DNA of 58,621 bases, the filler included, from Basidiobolus ranarum (lineage: Eukaryota): assembly GCA_040143965.1 (NCBI GenBank). It is 5 parts of 5 records of this genome, joined end to end, with 100 filler letters (N's around TTAATTAATTAA, not from the genome) between each part and the next. Parts side by side here need not be neighbours in the genome. Positions count along the whole stretch, not along the records: positions 46,992 to 58,621 come from JASJQH010007477.1; 4 more parts are not named here. One strand, given 5' to 3'. The notes under the pieces were generated by a model, which saw only the letters and a list, made by a program, of their open reading frames with translations, searched no databases and was not told the origin of the DNA. Below, piece after piece: positions 52,036 to 58,621 of this stretch; the stretch's first letter is position 1, and each line of letters begins with the position of its first letter. The translations under genes were made by a program, and so were the position numbers.

Positions 52036-53164
52036 TGAGTTATCCAGGGAAACAAGCTAGTAGGTGAAATGAAAGGATCTTGGCCCAATGCAGCATTGTT
52101 CACGTCTAAACCTCTACCTCATCCCTATTGGCTATATCCATATACAATAGCAATCCTTTTTTTCGCGTAGCCCACATGAAGATTTCTCTTAACCGTCAAA
52201 CACAAAGAGTGTTCCAACTTTGATGAAGGTACTGTCAACATTCGATATTTAAAGATAATCAAACATTCTTAGATCCAAGCTCGACGCTAAACAAATTGAT
52301 TTATTTCAGGATGAAGAAGTACCACAGTAGTTTTGCTTAGCATTATCAGTGTTAGGCTTGGAGAGCAAGTTAGCCTATATTATGTGGATGTTGTAATTTA
52401 TGGTACGAACTTGGTGGTTTTACCTTACCATGTTCTATGTCACTACTAGGAAATTGCCCTACTACATTTTCACCTGGAAAATCATTGCTACGCTAGTAGT
52501 GGCTACAATTTTGGATATTGTAACAACCAAATATGTACGAGATATCATCACCGTCCCCAGAAATCATGGAATCTTGAAATGATGTTTTGTTTCACTCAGA
52601 ATGTATGACATAAATATGTCCAGTCGGCATTTGAACCTATATATCTGCTTAATACCAACTCTGGATTCGCACATGCTTTTCTTGCAGGCCTTGCATACCT
52701 CGGAGTCTGGTCTGAATGGATGCTCTAGAACTATAATTGAAGTTTAAATCACGCGAGATTCATTGATAACACAGCCCAAGTTGGTGTAATCAGTACTTAG
52801 TGAACTAACTGGAATCAGTATTAGGCTGGAGATAGTGACGGTAGAAAACCCCACTAGCTTCAAATGACTGATTATCAATGTACATCAGATTTACATACAA
52901 TGCACACACACTCCTGCCATCGGTTGCGTAAGTTTAGTGGATAATGTCAAGGGATCTTGCATTGGATCCGTGATCGGCATTGATTAAAGATGAGAGGGTG
53001 ATTTATTGGGGTTAGTGATGATTTTAAGTCGCAAATACAAGATACTGTACTGTATTCGAGTAAGTAGAAATTGCAGTATGAATGTCGCTATATATCAATG
53101 GTATTTGGATGCGATATGGAGCATTGCTTCTCCTCTTTACAATAGCGCACAAATGTCCCTAGAT

Positions 53165-54617
53165 TTATTTCTTGTCAGGAGTGAAGTTACTCTTGAGTCC
53201 TTGCCAAGCCATATAGTAGTCTTCTTGAACTTTCTCAGACTTGTTGATGGCCCATTGGGTGGTTCTGAAGTAAAGCGCACTTTCAAACATGAATGCTTGA
53301 GTGCCATCCGCGACACGAATAGGGTTGAGCTCAGCTTGGCTGGCTTTGTTGAAAGTAGTGGCATGAGGCCCGTGAGGGGTCATCATACTTTGTCAACGAC
53401 CAGCACCAGGAAGGAAGCCGCCAGCCTTGGCCTCATATTCACCTGTGATAAGTCCCATGAACTCCGACATGCAATTACGATGGAAGTAAGGAGGACGGAA
53501 AGTATGTTCGCCACAGGCCCATCTAGGTGGGAAAATAACGAAATCAGCAATAGCCACTCCCGGGTAGGCAGATTTACAAGTAAGAACAGTGAAGATTGAA
53601 GGGTCGGGGTGATCGAAAGTAACAGTGTTCATAGCGTTGAAATGGGCTAAATTGTACTTGTATGGGGCGTAGTTTCCATGCCAAGCAACAACATTGTAAG
53701 GACAATGATCCATCTCTGCAACAAATAGTTCTCCGTCGAACTTGGAGATCATAGACCAATCACCTTGGGATTCCTCATAAGCAGCAACAGGAGTTTGGAA
53801 ATCACGAGGGTTGGCAAGGCCGTTAGCACCAATTGGGCCAAGATCAGGCAATTCGAAATGACTGCCAAATACTTCGAGGACATAGCCTCTGCTGGGGCCG
53901 TCGGGAAGTGCGACGGAGAACTTGATACCTCTTTGAATAACACAAATTTCGTTGGGATCCACGTCAATGTATCCAAATTCAGTACGGATTTCCAAGCGAC
54001 CTTGTTGAGGTACAATCAAGAAATCACCATCAGAATTATAAAAAGTGGTGTTCACCATGCTTTTGTTAGCCAAATAGACATGAATGGCTAAGCCCTCCTT
54101 AACACTGGGATCACCAGCACCACAGACGGTTTTAAGACCTTGGACAAAGTCGGTTTCTTCATTGGTTTCAGGGATATCAAATGGACTCCAACGGATTTGA
54201 GTTGGAGTGATCACGCAATTTTTTTTATCAAATGAAGAAAGTAAGTGGGAGTGCTCCAACTTTTCGAATGGCTTGTGACAAACGGACGGACGAATACGAT
54301 AAAGCCAGCTTGAGTGAAACAAAGGTTAGCAAAGTTATTTTTCTGGTTGAACTGCGTAAACATACCTTCTTTGATTGTGAGTCCTGGGTACAGTAAAAGC
54401 AGTGCCTGACAATTGCTCAGCGTAAAGGTTGTATGGGCATACTTGAGGGGAGTTCTGGCCTGTTATAATTCCGGGTTAATTTTGTTACGAATCTAAGCTT
54501 ATTTGTGGCTAATGAAAGAAATTATGGTATACCAATAGGAAGAGCACCGGGCAAGGCCTCAGATGTCAAGTGGGAGCCAAATCCAGATAGATATTGACGG
54601 GAGGATTTTGTAGTCAT
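53165..54617 (-). pseudogene. hmgA: Homogentisate 1,2-dioxygenase with an in-frame TGA at 53393-53395 (probable pseudogene or assembly error)
   Basis: Spliced product has [79 protein letters not shown] and [17 protein letters not shown]. The conserved GGSLHS then reads AGR*QS before the same frame resumes MMTPHGP. Confidence 0.88.
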
Positions 54618-57080
54618 GGTAGTTTGATGTTGCGAAGTGAGGCACGAAGATATGGAGTTGAGAAAGATCCTTCTGGGGGTTAAATACGAATATGGGAGGG
54701 CTCCTTCACACGCTCATGTGATGCACTTTTTTCACCCAACTATTTCTGAGTTTGGTGACGTCTCACCAGAAGTCATGTGTGTAATCAAGCTTGGGAACTC
54801 GTGAGAAGAACATACAAAATTAGGGGATCACGTTGTAGTAGTGAGTACCCTGTTTTACGAGTTATTTCACACGGAAGCTTTTTTCATTGCTATCTCGTTG
54901 CCTACAACGTATCTCATCAGATAATGGCCGATCAAAGAGTGGTGTTTACTGTGAGTTTGAGTCTAGAATGTCCGGCTTTTCTTTGAATGGTTTCAATGTT
55001 TTGATTTCATTTATCGAAGCAAAACGCTCTGTACGAGTAGCCAAGAAGCTCTACTTGTATGTCTTCGGTATCTGGATGCAACTCGGCGGAATAAATTGGA
55101 GGAGGTGAAGGCTCATCTTGCAGCAAGTTAAATTGGATGGGAAATTATAGATGAAAAAGGGAGGGTACTTATTTTTGGGCCAATGAAGCAGTATTGATAG
55201 CGATCTACGTAGTGCAAGTCATTTTGCTTAAACTCGAAATAGTTGGATAGCTCTTTTGGGCAGATCAAGTTTAGAATTGTCAAACTAGAGGCAGTATAAG
55301 GAAATGAATAGTTGTATGTAATTATTAAAATTCCATTGCATATTGCTGCTATTTGTTATACCCTAATGTCATAATCCACACTCCAGTCCAATTGAGCTTG
55401 AATTGTTTTCTGGTAAGACCGAATTTATCACTCGATATTCTATGGGCCCGAGTCACATACAGAAGAAAGACAAATGGAAACACACATCCTTACCTCTGGT
55501 AGTAAGTCACTTTCAACTATTGGTTTTGGAAATTGAACAAATGCTATACACAATAATTATTCAATTATTCAGAAAAGTAGTCAACAGATTCGCTAAAATT
55601 TCCCTATTCTACAACAGTAAAAGTCGAAGTGTAGTGAAAGTATTCGTTATTGAACCCCTACCTGTTAATCTTACAGTGCGTCAAACCCAGAAGTATACAG
55701 TAAAATAGTTAACACTATTTAAGTTCAAGTTTGAGAGAGCTCAATATCACTTTTGCCTTATTTCTCTTGATGTTGGTAACTTTATAACCTCGAATTGCTT
55801 TCGTCATTTCTCTTGAGATTAAGGCAAAAGTGTAATATTTGGACAGAAGATTAGGCGCTGTTTGAATTTCTTTTGTTAATACATTGTTGAACATATACGC
55901 TAATCTATCGTATTTAAACTTGGTACGTTTACAAAAATACAGAGCTGGAATGAGTGAGTGTGCTGTTTCTACACTACTTGTTTTGAAGAATTGTGGTTGC
56001 TACGGAAGTTTGGATTTCGAATTATCATGATTGAATTTTGATTCGAGCTGTAAAATTGAAAAGCAAATATTGGACTCCATGATATTCCAAAATTTAAAAC
56101 CTGCAGTGACTTTCATTCTGGTACACTTTTCTGATATTATCATTTCGTTTTACATGTCAATCAAGGGAATAAATCCATTTAAATTGTATGCAAGTGAAAC
56201 AACCGCATGTGCTACCATTTGTAATTGAATATCCGTTGTAATATAAATTATCAGCATTATGTCTAGAACAACATGAGGAATATAACTGAAGAGTAAACAG
56301 TTATAGAATAATCTGTTCAGAAGGCTTCGAATCTGTAACACTTTAGCATGCGAACTTGGAGTGTAATTTACGTTAACCTCATTCAACTTGGGTTTTATGG
56401 TCACGATTACGTATGGTATTTTACCTTTGTATATTTCGTATATTTATGGTATATGACCTTGACCTTCCAAACAACTAATTGAGTAGTATAAAAACTAGAA
56501 CTCTCATGCACAAGCATAAGTATCATCATTCAGCTAGTTGGTGGGTATTGAAGCTAACCCACCCATGTAAGAGTGTGTAATCTGACTTTTCGAGTTAATA
56601 TGGTTTTAACGAGATTGATTATTGCCCTGCTGGTTATCATACTCAGCATCAAACACTTCTTTGACATTGAATATTGAAAACAAAGTTCAAGCATCGAAGT
56701 AAATACTCACTACAGTTGAACCTTGCAAGGTAAAAGTAGCACTCAAGCCAACAAGAGATGAGCCTCATATTATCAAAGAGAAAGGACATTCAATTACAAG
56801 ATGACAAGATACATACATATGAAAGGTTGTATAGATGTGGGCTGATATTTCAATGGCAATCCAGAGATATCTAATATTCAAGCATGATATCGAGACAAAC
56901 TTCAAAGAGTACAAGGGTGGGTCACGGCTTTTCACTGTTTTGTATGAGATTTGCGTTGAATGTAGTTACACTTTATTAACATCACGTTCAATTATTATCT
57001 TCAAAATCACAATTATTTGGGATATCCCTCAAATATACTCACGAAATTAATGGTAGCATTTTTAGTTTTCACGAGATTTT

Positions 57081-58621
57081 TTACCAGATGTTGATTCGAT
57101 CAGTTTCACTACGGTACATCTTATCCCCTTCTTTAACATCAAAAGCATCATAGAACTCCTTGAAATTGGACAAGGGCCCATTGACTCTCCATATGCCTGG
57201 AGAATGAGGGTCGATACGAAGTTGGTACAAGGCTTCCTCTTTACGAACTAAATTCTTCCAGACTGAAGCATATGCAGTGAAGAATTGTTGCTCAGGAGTA
57301 AGGCCGTCAATAGTCGTAACAACTCCTGGGTTATTCTTTTGCCACTCCTGAAAAGCAAGATAAGATAACTTAACTCCTCCAATATCGGCGATATTCTCAC
57401 CTTGAGTCAGGTTTCCGTTGACCTTGGATCCGTACATATCGTAGGTGCTGTAAAGGTCGACAACAGTCTTGGCACGCTTATCGAACTCTGTTGCATCCTT
57501 GGCGGTCCACCAGTCTTCGAGGTTGCCTTGAGCGTTATAATTGCGGCCCTGATCATCGTATCCATGAGTGATCTCGTGGCCAATGATTGCACCAATACCA
57601 CCAAAGTTGGCAGCAGAATTTCCTCTCGGGTCCTTTTCATCTGGAGCATAGAAGAATGGAGGTTGAAGAATACCAGCAGGGAATGCGATATCGTTGTAGT
57701 TGGGATCATAGTAGGCATTCACTTCATAGGCAGTCATAAACCATTTGGATTTATCAGTTGGACCATTGGCTGCAGATAAGACCTCTTTGAAGTTGACCGC
57801 GTTAACATCTAGCACATTAGAGAGGAATGGGCGTTTGAGAGAGATTTTGATGTTAGAGTAATCTTTCCACTTGTCAGGATATCCAACCTTGACATTGAGA
57901 CCCTTCAGCTTCTCGAGAGCACGCTTACGGGTTTCGGTGCTCATCCACTCGACTGTACCAAGGCGAGTGGCAAGTGCATTATGGATGAATTTGATCATCT
58001 CTAATGCTTGTGCTCTAGCTTCAGGTTTGAACTTCTCTTGGACAAATAACTGACTCAGAGTGTCGGGAATTTGAGAACCAATTTGATCCAAAAGGAACTG
58101 CCCACGGGGGGATGGCTCATTCTGACCGCGGAGAGGTCGCCCGAAGAATTCAAAGTCTTGTGATCTGAACTCCTGGTCAAGGTAGGTTGCACTGGAACCT
58201 AAAACCTGCCATTCCAAATAGGTACGCCAATTCTCGGCACGAAATTGTTTGAATAAGGTATTGAAGAATTTCAGGAAATCTGGACTATCGATAATGACGT
58301 CACCATCTCCAAAGCAATGTCCCTTGCGCCATCCCAAAGATTGGCAATAGCTCAACCAAGGGAACGCAGGAGTAATGTCTTTAAGTTGATTGAAGTTGAA
58401 CTTGTTGTAAATGCGATAGACATCACGCTGTTCTACGGAGGAGAGTGAGTTCTGAGCAAGGGCTATCTCAAAGTCCAACACTACCTTTGCTTTGGCCTTG
58501 GCATTTTTGACTTTACCACGGGTGACGAGCCTCTCATTTTGTTCTAGGAACTTCTTACGGACACCGGCTTGACCCTCTTCAGTGTAGTACTCCTTGCTCC
58601 GAAGAGAACTGCCATTTTGCC
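57081..58621 (-). CDS. M13 family zinc metallopeptidase (neprilysin/PepO/Zmp1-like), 5'-truncated by the window end
   Basis: VNAYY, FPAGILQPPFF, zinc motif GHEITHGYD, GENIAD and DPHSP, with a C-terminal INIW. The frame is open to the window end with no intron. Confidence 0.95.
   Translation of the reverse strand, partial: QNGSSLRSKEYYTEEGQAGVRKKFLEQNERLVTRGKVKNAKAKAKVVLDFEIALAQNSLSSVEQRDVYRIYNKFNFNQLKDITPAFPWLSYCQSLGWRKGHCFGDGDVIIDSPDFLKFFNTLFKQFRAENWRTYLEWQVLGSSATYLDQEFRSQDFEFFGRPLRGQNEPSPRGQFLLDQIGSQIPDTLSQLFVQEKFKPEARAQALEMIKFIHNALATRLGTVEWMSTETRKRALEKLKGLNVKVGYPDKWKDYSNIKISLKRPFLSNVLDVNAVNFKEVLSAANGPTDKSKWFMTAYEVNAYYDPNYNDIAFPAGILQPPFFYAPDEKDPRGNSAANFGGIGAIIGHEITHGYDDQGRNYNAQGNLEDWWTAKDATEFDKRAKTVVDLYSTYDMYGSKVNGNLTQGENIADIGGVKLSYLAFQEWQKNNPGVVTTIDGLTPEQQFFTAYASVWKNLVRKEEALYQLRIDPHSPGIWRVNGPLSNFKEFYDAFDVKEGDKMYRSETDRINIW

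Noticed and set aside
48347..53395. Alternative genetic code explaining the in-frame stops in RPS1 (TAG) and HGD (TGA)
   Set aside because: The two stops are different codons, the HGD stop comes from local indels, and TAG/TGA appear to terminate other genes normally.

Overview
AT-rich eukaryotic DNA with short GT-AG introns, from a fungus that is probably early-diverging. The retained minor-spliceosome gene, SLC18-like transporter and intronless bacterial-type genes are compatible with a zoopagomycete such as Basidiobolus; this is inference. The window is not one locus. It is five contigs of 11659, 11655, 11640, 11637 and 11630 bp in descending size order, joined by 100-bp N44-TTAATTAATTAA-N44 linkers, so neighbourhoods across linkers mean nothing. 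Contig 1 carries an RBBP4/Msi1 histone chaperone and ATG1. Contig 2 carries a 5'-truncated P5B-like ATPase, an SLC18-like MFS transporter and TE relics. Contig 3 carries a subtilisin with an inverted duplicate of its promoter, histone H3, an intronless bacterial-type TPR-like protein, RPS24, TSTD2 and an orphan ORF. Contig 4 carries a full-length decayed Ty1/copia element, two copies of a 182-bp MITE and a flavin monooxygenase pseudogene. Contig 5 carries RPS1, SNRNP25, RPL36, HGD and a bacterial-type M13 peptidase, and three of these conserved genes have separate lesions. I found no complete multi-gene novel system. The best leads are the two horizontal-transfer candidates, the apparently decaying duplicated block, the MITE family and the inferred head-to-head subtilisin pair.
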